NCBI GenBank assembly: GCA_004431415.1
Contig: QPMI01000603.1
Coordinates: 186,001 to 250,000 of the forward strand
DNA length: 64,000 nt
Direction of reading: 5' to 3'
Origin: Cyanophora paradoxa CCMP329
Taxonomy: Eukaryota; Plantae; Glaucophyta
Position 1 is the stretch's first letter. Each line of letters begins with the position of its first letter. This document shows, in pieces, positions 32,898-44,800 of the stretch. Made by a program: the position numbers and the translations under genes. A model generated the notes under the pieces. The model was given only the letters and a program-made list of their open reading frames with translations. It did not search any database and was not told where the DNA came from.

Positions 32898-35803
32898 ATG
32901 GCGCCGCACGCGACACCGGCGGAGGGGCTCCTGCTCGCCCCCACGCCGATCGCGCCGATCGTCGACTCGCTCGCGCGGGCCGTCTGCGGACCACTGTGCG
33001 TCCCCTGCGCCGCAGCCTTGGCGAGAGCGCCTGCGAGGAGAGCGCCTGCGGCGGCGGCGCTGACTGGGCGGGGCGGGGCGCAGGACGCGGTTCAGCTACG
33101 TGGAGGGCTGGGCGGTGGAGGAGCACACGGGGGCCCTCCGCTGCGCCCGCGCCGTGCACGCCTCGCAGCTCCCGCCGGGCCCCGAGGCCGACCCGGCGCC
33201 CCCGGAGGACCCGGCCGTGGCCGCTTTCCGGCGGGCCGCGGAGGGCGCGGAGCTGCGGGCCGGGGCGGACATCGTAGCGCGGGCGGCGGCGGCGGGGCGG
33301 CCCGAGTGGCTCGTGGACTGCGGCGCCTGCCCGCCGGAGACCTTCGCCCGCGCCGGCCCCGCCTGCCCCTTCCGCGCCCTCTTCGTGCTCCCCATCCTCC
33401 GCCCCGCCCGCTCGGTCCGGCCGCCCGCCCCGCTCGCCCCGGAACCCGCCTCCGCGGCCCTGACGCGGGGCGCGCGGGGTGCAGGACGCGGCGGCGGGAG
33501 GCGGCTTCTGCTGCTTCTGCTTCTTCAGCCCGGCGGCCCTCGAGTACGACAGCGTCGGTCTGCCCCCCGCCGAACGCCCCTTCCGCCGGCCCCGCCGCCT
33601 CCGAGGCGGCTCTGGGCGCAGTGGAGGAGTTCGTGCGCGTGGCGGCGGCCGTCGCGCTGTACGCCGCCAACCTGCTCTGCCCCGCGCTGCCGCCCCCGGC
33701 CCCGTCCCGGCCGGCCGCCCTCCCTCTCGACCCCTGCGCCCTCGACCTCCTCCGCGTCCCGTGCGCGCGCCCCCGCCGCCCCCGCCGCCCGCCCCCCGTT
33801 GGCCCCCCTTCCGAGCGTCCGGGGCGGGGCGGGGCGGGCAGGCCGGGGACGCGATCGGGGGCCTCCCTCGACTACATCGACCGCTCCCTCGCCGACCAGG
33901 CGCGCCGCCCCCGCCCCCGCCCCCCCGCCCCGCCCGCACCGCCGTCTTCTTCTTCTTCCGAGCCGGGGGGCGGCGTGCGGCAGGTGGGTCTCCTGCGCCG
34001 CTTCCCGAGCCTCCGCCGCGGCTTCCTCGAGTCCGCCCGCCTCGCCACCTTCCCCGCCGCCCACCGCCGTGCGTCCCCCCCCGCCCCGCCCCGCGAGGCA
34101 ACGCAGGGCCCGTGCGCGCGCTGAGCGCTCAGCCGCGGGCAGTGTGCGGGCTGGGTGAGCCGCTGGAGAACGCTTTCGTGCTCCTCCGCGGCACCGTCCG
34201 CTGCACCGACCGCCCCGCCACCGGCTCCGCCCCGCGTCCGCCCCGCCCCGTCCCGCCCCGCCCGGTCGCCCCGCCCCGTGCGCGGCCGTTGAGACGCGGG
34301 TGCAGCGTGGGAGTGGTGGACGGTGGGGGCCGGGGAGGGCCTGGGGGAGGCGTGCCTGCTGCGGGCCGGGGCGGCGAGCGCGGTGGAGGCGATCTGCGAG
34401 AGCGAAGTCGCCTGCCTCGCGATCCCCGCCCCCGAGGCCCCGCGCCCCGGCCCCGGCCCCGCCCCCGTCCCCGCCACGTCCGCCCCCGCCCCCGCCCCCG
34501 CCCCGCCCGGGCCGGCACCCCGCCGGGCCGACGGGGGCCGTGCGCAGGGCGGCGGAGGCCTGCGGCGCGGTCCTGCAGCGGCGCGGGAGCGCCGCCTCCC
34601 TCGCGAGCTGCAGGCGCGCCCCGGCCCCCGCCCCGCCGCGCCCCTCCCCGCACGGCCTCGCCAGGCCTCGCTGAGGCCGGGGCCGCAGCTCCTCCGATGC
34701 GGCGCCGGGCTCCGAGTTCTCCCCGCCGCCCCGCGAGGCCGCCGCGCCCCGGAGGGCACGCCCGCCCCCTCTCCCTCCGCCCCCGCTCCCGTGCGCCCCC
34801 TCCCCGCCCCGCCCTCGCGCGCGGGTGCGGTCGAGCGGGGCGGGCGGCGGGGCGCAGGAGGCGCGCGCGGAGGGGACGCCGCCGGGGTCGCGGCCGTCGT
34901 CGCCCTTGGCGGGGCGGCGGCGGCGGGGCCGGCGGGCCGGGGCCGGCGCTGGCGTCGGTGCCGGCGCCGGCGGTGGTGATGCGGGAGGTGAAGAGGCCGC
35001 AGGCGGCCAAGCGCAAGCGCGAGTCCATCACCCTCGAGGCCCGCCCGCCCGCCCGCCCGCCCGCCCCGCCCGCCCGCCCCGCCCGCCGGCCGGCGACCTT
35101 ACTCGGGCGGGGGCGCAGGTGCTGCAGCCGCTCTTCAGCGTGCCCCTCAACCGCGCCGCCGAGTCCCTGGGCGTCTCGTGCGCCCGCCCGCCCCCTCCTC
35201 CCGAACCCCTCTCGCCCGCGCTGACCTCGGGCGGGCGGGGCGCAGGCTGACGACGCTCAAGGCGGCGTGCCGCGACCTCGGGCTCCCCAGCTGGCCCCAC
35301 CGCCGCGTCCGCCCCCGCCCCGCCCCCCGCCCCGCCCCCGAGCCTCACGCCTCTTCTCTCCCGCCCGCCCGCCCCGCGCAGCTCTTCGCTGGCGGATCGA
35401 CCCTTCCCGTCGGCGTTCCGCGGGGCCCCGGCCCCGACTCGCCCGTCCCCTCCCCCGCCACCCCTTCCCCCCGCCCCTCCCCGCTCCGCCCCGCCCTCCG
35501 CCCCACACGCGTCCGCCACCTCGCCCTTCCCCCTACCCCGACCCTCCGGCTTCCAACCCGCCCCGCCCCCGCCCCGCCCCCGCCCCGCCGGAGTCGGACA
35601 CGGACCTCTTTCTGCAGGCGCTCTGCAGCAGCCCGCCCCTCCCTGAGGCGGCGTCCCCGCGCTCCTCGTGTACACTACCCCCGCCCCTCCGCCCCTCCGC
35701 AGGCGCCGCCCCCCCCCCCCCTCCCCCCCTCCCCCCCCCGCCCCTCCCCCCCTCGCCCGCCCGCCCTCTCCCCCTGGCACTTTTGTTCGGCCCCGCGCAG
35801 TAG
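32898..35803 (+). CDS. RWP-RK (NIN/NLP-like) transcription factor with GAF-like and cNMP-binding-like domains
   Basis: Spliced ITLE|VLQPLFSVPLNRAAESLGVS|LTTLKAACRDLGLPSWPHRR at 35025-35306. The upstream domains are described in the findings. Confidence 0.8.
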
Positions 35804-35883
35804 AGAGCACTGAATATGCGAGCGAACGCGTAGCATATGACTTTGTATGCCTGCCACTCTGTAAGCAGCCTTGATTCTATATT

Positions 35884-38800
35884 ATGATTGCTAGGGGTAC
35901 AACCTTCAGTCTTCTTTCGCGCGAAGCAGTGAAGATGGGTCGCGTGGCTCGTCGTGGGAGGGGCCCTAGCTGGGCCCCTCTGGTGGTCGCCGTTGTCTTC
36001 ATCGTCGTCGTTTTCAGCCTCCTGGCGGCCTGCGCGGAGGCGGGGTCGAATAAGAAGGGCAAGTCATCCGCAACGGGCTCTCGCAAGACAGCCCGTCCGC
36101 GGCCGACCGCAACCGCCCAGCCACGAGCTCGCCGTTCCGGTTCCGCACGTGTGGCCGAGGCGGCGGATTCCGGCGGCGAGGACGACGCTTCGGCGCCTAC
36201 TCCACCGACAAATGCCCGTCAATCAACCAGCAACAAGCGCAAGGCGCCAGCCGGACCGGCAGTCGAGAACCGCACCCGTGACGACGTTCCGGATCCAGAG
36301 CCGTTCTCTGAGGACGAGGAGGATGTCATTGCCGGCGTGCAGCGTCGCGAGCAGTTCGGCGGCGCAGCTACACACGAGGAAGCTCTGGCCGCACAGCAGT
36401 TCCCGAATCTCGAGTTGCCGGTTCCAGACCAGCCAGGCCCCAGTCGGCACACTCGGCACCGCCGCGGCCCGGTTCCCGTCGTCCCGCTCAACAACGCTAC
36501 GATTTATGCGGGGCCTCTCGTGCTTTTTTCTCCGCCGAGCGCCCAGAGTATGTAATATATTGATTCACTTCAACTCGAGCATCTAGCTATCTCGAGCTGA
36601 TCGTGAAGAGGGGAGCACGGTTCGCGGCGCGAACCGGAGAGGCAATCCCCGTGTGGTCACGGTTTCCTTGCGCTCTCTAGCCGAGGATACTGGCTGATGC
36701 TTCCCCAGGGGTCCACATCGTGTGCGTTTTTTCTAGCGAGCTACTGCGAGTCTAGAATTGCAGTACCCCGAGCCCGGCACCTCGAGGGTGCCGAGCGGGC
36801 CTCTTGGAGAGGTGGGGTACAGCGACCGCTGGTAAGTGCAGCGGTCTGAGACTTAGGCAGGAGTTCATTGGTGGGCCGGGGGGCGGAGCCCGCCGGGCCC
36901 AAACCATGCCCAAGTTGCTGAGCCGTAGCCAAGAACTGGAACTTGGCGTACAGCTCAGCTCTTGCCAGGAATTCCCTTCCAGCCTTCGGATTCGATATAC
37001 CGAAGTTGGCTTGTTTTTGACAGGCCGATTTTTTGAAAACCGCGGTTAAAGTTTCTTCGGCCGAACTCAGAAATCCGAAATTCGAATTCGAATTCGGGTC
37101 ACCGCAATTTAATTCGGCTCCGAGCCAGGCCTTCGCCCAGGTCCTGAGGTCGGAGAGGTGCGGGAGGGTGGGTCGCGAGGCTATTCTCGCGATTTATTTA
37201 GAGGTGCGGCCGCACGGGCGCGGTCGCGTCCGTGCGGTCGCGCAAGCAACTGGCTCTAACTGGCGGGGGCCGGCCTAATATTCCCGGCGAAGCCGGGGGG
37301 CTACCCTGTCCGGCCGCCGGGGGATAATTCGGCACGCGCCCCATGACGATTGTTGTCGTGAGATTGCGCAATTTACGCAATTAACGTGAGGGCCCCCGGG
37401 GCCGCGGGTTCGATCCCGCTTGGCCGCGAAACTGGCGACTCGGCTAATTTTGGCACTTCCGGCTCGCACAAATCTTCGTCTACGCCTTGCGCGCATACGA
37501 CGTTTTATGCGGGGCCTCTCGTGCTTTTTTCTCCGCCGAGCGCCCAGAGTATGTAATATATTGATTCACTTCAACTCGAGCATCTAGCTATCTCGAGCTG
37601 ATCGTGAAGAGGGGAGCACGGTTCGCGGCGCGAACCGGAGAGGCAATCCCCGTGTGGTCACGGTTTCCTTGCGCTCTCTAGCCGAGGATACTGGCTGATG
37701 CTTCCCCAGGGGTCCACATCGTGTGCGTTTTTTCTAGCGAGCTACTGCGAGTCTAGAATTGCTGTACCCCGAGCCCGGCACCTCGAGGGTGCCGAGCGGG
37801 CCTCTTGGGAGAGGTGGGGTACAGCGACCGCTGGTAAGTGCAGCGGTCTGAGACTTAGGCAGGAGTTCATTGGTGGGCCGGGGGGCGGAGCCCGCCGGGC
37901 CCAAACCAAGCAAGGGCCAGGTCTCAAGCAGCAGCAGCTAGGTGGAATTTAAAAGTTTTATTCTCGTGCACACGTGCGAACAGGGTTGCACGGCTGGGAA
38001 AGCTGGAACTGAAGTCCGGTTCAAGCGAAGGCGACGCCTTCGGCCTCCAGGGCGACGGTGTAATCGTCGACATAGCGCTGGGGGACCATCGATGTGAGAG
38101 CCCAGCGGCCGTGGCGGCGGAGCCAGGTGGCGGAGGCGCCGCCGCGGACTGCCGAGCGGGCCCCGCCGCGTCGGAGGCTGTGGCCGGAGTAATCTGCTGG
38201 GTCGAGGCCGATGTCACCGACGCAGAGTTTAATGATGGCGCGCCCGAGGGCGTCGTCGTAGCCGCGGGGGCGGCTCGGTGGGCCCCGGAGGAAGAAGGGG
38301 GCGGTCGGCGGGAGAGGGCCGTAGCGGCGGGCGGCTGCACAGGCGTAGGCCGCAGTGGCCCGGACGGGGCAGGCCGGGCCAGCCGCGGGAGCTGGGGAGA
38401 CGAGAATGTGCTCGCCGTGCCCGGCTTGGTCGGTCTTCGAGCTGGCGATAGTCACCCGCAGCATGGTCCGGCCCCCTGAAGAGATGATCGGCGTGACGTT
38501 GCCGGTCCGGAGCGCCGCGACCTCGGAGATCCGGAGAAGGCCCGCGATCCCGAGCGCTAGGAGTGCGAGGCAGGCGGTGCGCTCGAACGGAGGGAGGCTG
38601 CGAAAAGTTGCCGTTGCGGTCCATGCCTGCAGTTGTGGCAGGACCAGGGGCCGCATCTGGCGCGGCGGGCGTCCCAGTGCCCGAGTCATGCCGCGGAGCG
38701 TCATCGTGTACTCCCAGGAGTGCTGCTGGGAGGGGTCGACGAGCCGCGCAGCTTTAAGCGTACGCCAGATGTGGGCGGCCATGTTTTTGATGGTCGTAGC

Positions 38801-41800
38801 AGCCAGCGGTTGTCCGGTGGCCGCTTGGCGGGCACGGGCCGCTGACGCCAGGAAGAGAAGAATGGAGTCTTCGTCACCGGGGTGCAGCGGCTCGGGGGCA
38901 GCCGCGAGGAAGGCCAAGTAGCGACGCCAGACGCGCGAGGCCGCTGCGCGGGTGCGCTCCGCCCACGCCGCCGTCTGCCAGCGCGCGAGTTCGGAGCGCG
39001 CCGCGCCCCAAGAGTCGCCAGGCCGCCGGGCCGTGTCTGCGCCACGGTGGGGCGTCAGATCGAGGCTCCCCCAGTGCATCAGGGGGCCCGACCCGCTCTA
39101 ATGGGTTTTTAGAGCGCGTTTACGCCCCCCCACCAAGTCAGTACGAAGGGCCAGGGGGAGCGGCCGAGGCCAAGGAGCGATTTGCCCTGCGTCGGTTTCG
39201 CGTAAAAGGCATGCGCCGGCCGCGGTCGCAGCGAAGCGGCCTGCACCGTCGGCTGGAACCAGAGGTCGGACAGCGCGACCGCCCAAGTCGTGCTCGGCTG
39301 CCATGGTAGTAGGAGGGCCACGGGGCAGGCGGGCGGGTGGTCGCGGAGGCTCGCCAGAAGGCGAGCTCGGAGCCGCGAGTCGGCTGTGAGAATTGCGGGG
39401 CGCTGGGGCCGCGCCGCCGCCAGCCAGACGTCGGAGTCGTCTGCGACGTGCTCATGGGGCCAGCCCGCGCCGAGAGCCGCGTGCGCCGCAGCGAGCAGTC
39501 CTCGGTGGAGCTGCGGGCGCAGGGAACGCGAGGCCGTGTCAGCCCAGCGGTTGCGTACGCCGGGAATGTGGCGTGCGCAAAGAATAATGCCGAGCTCTGC
39601 GCAGCGTCGCCAGAGCTCGACGCACAGGTCAAACAGGCGGGGGAGGCGCTGCCCTTGCCGACTGCGGCGACCGTAGTCGAGTTGTCGGAGCGCAGGAAGA
39701 CTTTTGCGCCGAACGGGAGCAGGGGGAAGAGGTCGCGCGCCGCTGCGAGCACTGCTCGGAGTTCACGCTCGTTGCTCGAGACGGGGGGCTGCGCGCCGGC
39801 ACGGAGCTCTGGGGGAAACGTGCCCCAGGTGGACCACGCATCTCCCTGCCGTTCGTCAAGGGGGGCGGCCCCTTCGCCACAGTCTAAGAAGGCGGCGAAA
39901 CCGTAGCTGGAGGCGTCGGTGAACAGCCGAAAGAAACGGAGGGGCTCCCGAATCGGGTGGTGGGGGCGTGTTGGGAGCACACGCCGCATCCAGTTTAGCG
40001 CGTCCGCGACCGCTCCGTCGATCTGAACTGCCAACGGGTCGAACGGGTTCCGTCCTGTACGCTCAGCCGCCGCCAGCGCCGCAAAAATGGGGCGGGTCAT
40101 GAGGCGGGCGGCCGGGAAGGCCATGCGGAGCGCAATCAATTTTCCCGCAAGCCGCTGCAGGGCTCGGACAGAGGCCGTCGGGGACGCCAGCGCCTCGTCT
40201 AGGAGAGCCGTGATTTTTGCCACTTTTTTCGGCGTTACGGTGAAGACGCCGCGCCCAGGGCGGGTGTCGATCTCGAGTCCCAGGTATTCAGTGACCTGGG
40301 TCGGAGTGAAGTCCGACTTCGACGAAAACACTAGGCCGAGCTGCGGGCCAGCCAGCGAAGGTGCTGGGAGACCAGCTCGGCAATCTCGCGTGAGGGGCAG
40401 ATGAAGAGCCCGTCATCAATGTAGGTGCAGAGGCGAACCCCGAGGGCTGCCCAGTATTTCGCAAAGGCTCGCATCAGCTTGGTGAAGACGCGACAAGCGA
40501 CGTTCACGCCAAAGCAGAGGGCTTGATAGACGTACAGGCGGCCCCGCCAGCGAAAAGTCAGCAGCCGCTGAGTAGCCGGGTGCAAGGCAATGTGATAGTA
40601 GCCTTTTCGCAGGTCGTATTTGACCATCCAACAGCCCGGCGTGAGCAGAGGTGCCACGTGGTCGAGCGACTGATACTGAAATGATTTGCACTGAATAAAA
40701 TCATTTACAGGCGTCGCGTCTAGGCACAAGCGGAATTTATCAGGGCCGCTCTTGTCTACGACATGGAGCGCGCAGACATGGCGAGTGAGGAGCACGTCCT
40801 CGGCCGTCGCCAGCCTTGCCACGCCGAGGCTCAGCATCACGGCAACCTCGCGGTCGACGAAGGTCGTGTGCTCAGGCGTCTTGAAGCATGAGGGGCGCGG
40901 CTGCTCGGCGGCTGTCGCTGGAAGGTCCTTAAGTGAGGGGACCGGCTGTCCGGGCGCTTTTTGCAGAGGAAGGCGCAGGCCTTCTCGAATCACTAGGCCA
41001 ACCCAGGAGGGCAGCTCCGTGTTCGCGGCGCGGAAGAGGGCCCGCCATGCAGGTGCAAACTTTGCGAGCTGGCCCGCACGGAAGCCTGCCTCGTGGCTGG
41101 CGAAGTCGTACGGGCCGGGGTCACCGTGCTTGCGGACTAGCTCTCGGAGCAGTGCAAACTCGTTGTGAGAGGGAGGTGTCAAAGGGGCCCGGGGCAGTGC
41201 ATCGGCCGGGAGGGGAGACCAAATCATTGATTTATTGAGGTCCCATCCTGCCTCCTGATCAAAATCAGGGCTAGCTGCCGGGCTGTCTGCCTCTGACTGC
41301 GAGCTACCGACGACTGCAAAATTACGCCTGGGGGCGCCAGGTCTAGATCTGGGGGGCGGGGCCTCGGCCGCGCGTTTGCGGGCCTGTCGTACAGCTGCGC
41401 TCGAGCCGCTAACCGCTGCGGGCCGGCTGACCGGCGGCGCTGCCGGCGGCGCCGCCTGCGCCGCCGTGGCCGCCGCCTCCGCTGCCGTGCTGGGCGTGGC
41501 CTCCGCCTCCGCCGCCGTTGCGGCTGCCGCCGCCGCCGCCGCCCCCGCCACCGCCACCGCCGCCCCGCGCCTTGCGCAGCCGGCCGCCACCGCCGCCACC
41601 GCCACCCGAGCGGTGCTGGGCGGGATCGTAGTAGTAGCCGGGAGGCGCGGGGGGGAACGGGAACATGGGCATGAAGCCGGTCCCCTGCGGGGTGAGGGTG
41701 GCCATGGGCCCGCCGGACTTGGCCTCTGCGCGCTGGCGCTATCAGCGCTAGCCGGCACCAGCGCGCGCACTGTCGGCGGGGCTGGGGCTGAGGGCACGGA

Positions 41801-44800
41801 CCAGCAAAGGTCGAGCGGACCAGGTCCGCCGGAGAGGAGGCCGTCGCCGTCGAGAGGTTCTTGCGGGCGAACTTGAGAGCTGCCTCCGCGCCCTCGAGCT
41901 GTTGCCAGGTCGGCTGGCCGGCGAGCCCGAAGCCCTCCTCCTCCTTCAGGAGGTTCGTCGCCTGCAACCGGGCAGTCCGTAAGTTCGAGGTCGGGACCGT
42001 TTTTGCGGGGCGGGGCGGGAGGGGTGGGCACCGTGCCCTTGCCAAGGAGCAGCTCGCCGCTGGCCGCGAGGCGCACAGGGTCGAAGCCGCCGGCGGAGGA
42101 GGGAGCGCAGAGGGCGTGGATGGCGACGGCGCTGCGGGTGGCCTTCTCGAGGCTGGCGCAGGCGCGCTCCAGCTTCACGAAGTGCTGGGCGAGGAAGGCC
42201 ACCAGTTCCGGGTCGCCTGCGGCGCGTGCGTGGTCGAGGACGGCGCTCTGGACCTGGACGGCGGCGAGCAGGCCCGCGAAATCGCGGCTCGCGAAGGCCT
42301 GCTCGAGGTGGAGCAGGACGGCGCGGAGGGCCGAGTCAGCGAGCTCGGCGCCGACCGCCGCGCCGCCCTTCGCAGCGGCTGCCGCCACGGCGTTCGGGGC
42401 GAGCTCCTCGCCGACGCGGCCGTCCGACAGCGTCTGAGCTGCCTTCTGGATGCGCTTGGCCAGCCAGACGACCGCCTCGCGCATCTGCGCGCTGTTGACG
42501 TCGTTGATTGGCAGCCCATGCTGCGAGCGGACTGTCTCCTCCACGGGCGGGAGGATGATCGCGGCCTTGGCTGCCGCCGGGGGCAGCGGTGCACGGCTCG
42601 CTGCCGAGGAGGAGAAGGGCGGCTGGGGCGCCGCCGCGAAAGTCGCCGGGTAGGGCGGCTGGCCGTTGGGCGGGTTCGAGTAGTAGAGGGGCGCGTGGGG
42701 GTCGACCTCCTCCAGGAAGTCGTCGGCGTCCTCGAGCTCAAGGTCGCCGGCATGGCCCATCGCGCTCCAGGGCGCCGCATTCCAGGTCTCGCCCGACGGA
42801 ACTGGCGGTGCATCAATTTCGTGGCCGCGGGGAAGGCGGGGCGGGCGCCCGGGCGGGGAGGCGCACCGCTGCCAGCGTTCCCGTTGCGCGCCCCGCCCGG
42901 CGCCGCGAAGAAGCTGCCGGGCCGCGAGGCTGCCGGTGCCTGGGCCGGCGCCGCCGCGTTCTGCTCTCGCGGGCGTGAGGAAGTGGCGCTCGGATTCCCA
43001 GAACGCTGGCGTACCGGTGCGATGGGGCGCTTGCCATTGGGGGCCCAGCCGGCGTACCCCTTGTCGAACGCAGAGAAGGGGGTTGGCGCCGGCCGGGGGC
43101 GCTTGGGGGCGACCTCCACGTCCTCCTCCTCGTCGTCCGAGTCAGTGGGCGGCGGCGGGGGCGGCCGCTTCTTGGGGACCGCTGGAGCCGCCGGCGCCTT
43201 CGCGGCGCCGGTCTTCTTGGGCGCCTTGGAGGCCTTCGAGGGGGGAGCTGCGGGCTTCGACGTCGCCCCGGCCGGGGTCGACACAGGCTTCTTGGCGCCC
43301 TGGGCCGGCCGGGGGTCGCGCTCGGCCGCGGCGCTCGAGGTCGCCGGCTCGCGATCGCTTTCGCGGGTCGCCGAGGTGCGTGGCGCCTCCTCCAGCGTGC
43401 CAGCGAGGCGCGGGCGGAGGTATTCGCCCACTTCGATCAGCTGCCGCTGAGAGAAGACCTTCGGGGAGAGAGCGGCGAGGACGTCGTCGAGCGTCTGCGA
43501 TCGCGGGCGTCGTGAGGCCACGAACGCAACTGGCGCCGCTGCCAGGGGAGAGGGGCCGCGAGCGTACCGCGAGGTTGGGGAGGGTGCGAAGCTTGAACTG
43601 CTTGAGGGCAGTTGGCGCGAAGACGGCGCCCCAAGCGGCCTCCGGGCAGCGGCTGAGGGTCTTGAAAGCCGCCCCTGATCCTCCCGCGAAAATCGCCTCG
43701 ACCTGGTCGAGGCTGAGCGAGGAGGAGGGCGGGCCCGGGCTGCGCGGCCGGCAGGTGCACACCGTTTCGGCGACGAAGGGCAGGGCGGTGACGACGAGCG
43801 GGCACTGCTCGTCGCAGATCCGCTTGATGATCGTCGGGATGGTAGGGCGCTTGGCCTCGCCGGGGATTCCGTTCGCCAGGAGCGCCAGGAGCGCCGCGTA
43901 CAGGCCAGCGACCTCGCCGACGTGGAGCTTGTACTCCTGCAGGGCGGCGGGGAAGGCCGCCGCCTGCTCCGGCATGTTGCCCAAGGGGCCCTCGAGGCCG
44001 CTGCGAGCACCGCCGACATGATCAGCGCCGTCCGCGGGCGGGAAAGAGAGGAAGTGATCATGGGGCGTACCGGTAGGGGGCCAGGACCGGCGGGGCGACG
44101 CGGTCCTCCTCTGACTCGCCGCCCTCCGGAATGTAGTGGAGCGGGAGCCCCAGAGGGACGCCGAAGTAGCCGCGCTGGTGGTCGTCGGCCGGCTGGGCCT
44201 GCGACACCGTGCCCTGCAGACTGGGTCAGAGACGCCGTGGGCGCGATGTTTGCAGCCTTGCAGGTCAGGCGCACGAAGGAGACCGTGTCGTGCTCAGTCA
44301 CGTACATATCGGCCGGGCCGAACGCCGTGAGGCACAGCTGCTTGTCCGGCAACAGCCGAGCGGCCGTGAACAGGATGCCAAACTTGAGGAAGTACTTCTC
44401 GAAGAAGCCTTCGAGGTCGGCGCGCGAGGACAGCAGCTTGCGAGCCTCCGCTGCGCGCGAAGGCGTGAGCGAGGCGAGCGGTCGCGTAGTGAGCGCTCTA
44501 GCCCCTCCCGCAAGGTTAGCGGGGTGTCCGAGCCGGAGGCTCGCGATCGCGCTCCTCAGCGCTGATTGACGCGAGGTGTCGGCGCGATCTGCGCGCGGCA
44601 GGCGAGTGTGAGAACTCGAGGCGACGCGGACAGCTGGCGTGCGGTGGGACTTAGCCTCACCCACGCCACGCCCGTCGTGCGCCCAGGGGGACGAGGATCC
44701 TGATCCGCGCCCCTGCGCCGTCGCGCGGCCGGGACTTCGACGATCAGGCTCGACTCGGAGGCGAGGCCGCCCGCCTCGAACCCGGTTAGTGCGGCAGCGT

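Noticed and set aside
14200-35800. Many long Pro/Arg/Gly/Ala-rich ORFs in the ORF track
   Set aside because: Artefacts of very high GC and read-through of short introns; the real genes are spliced.
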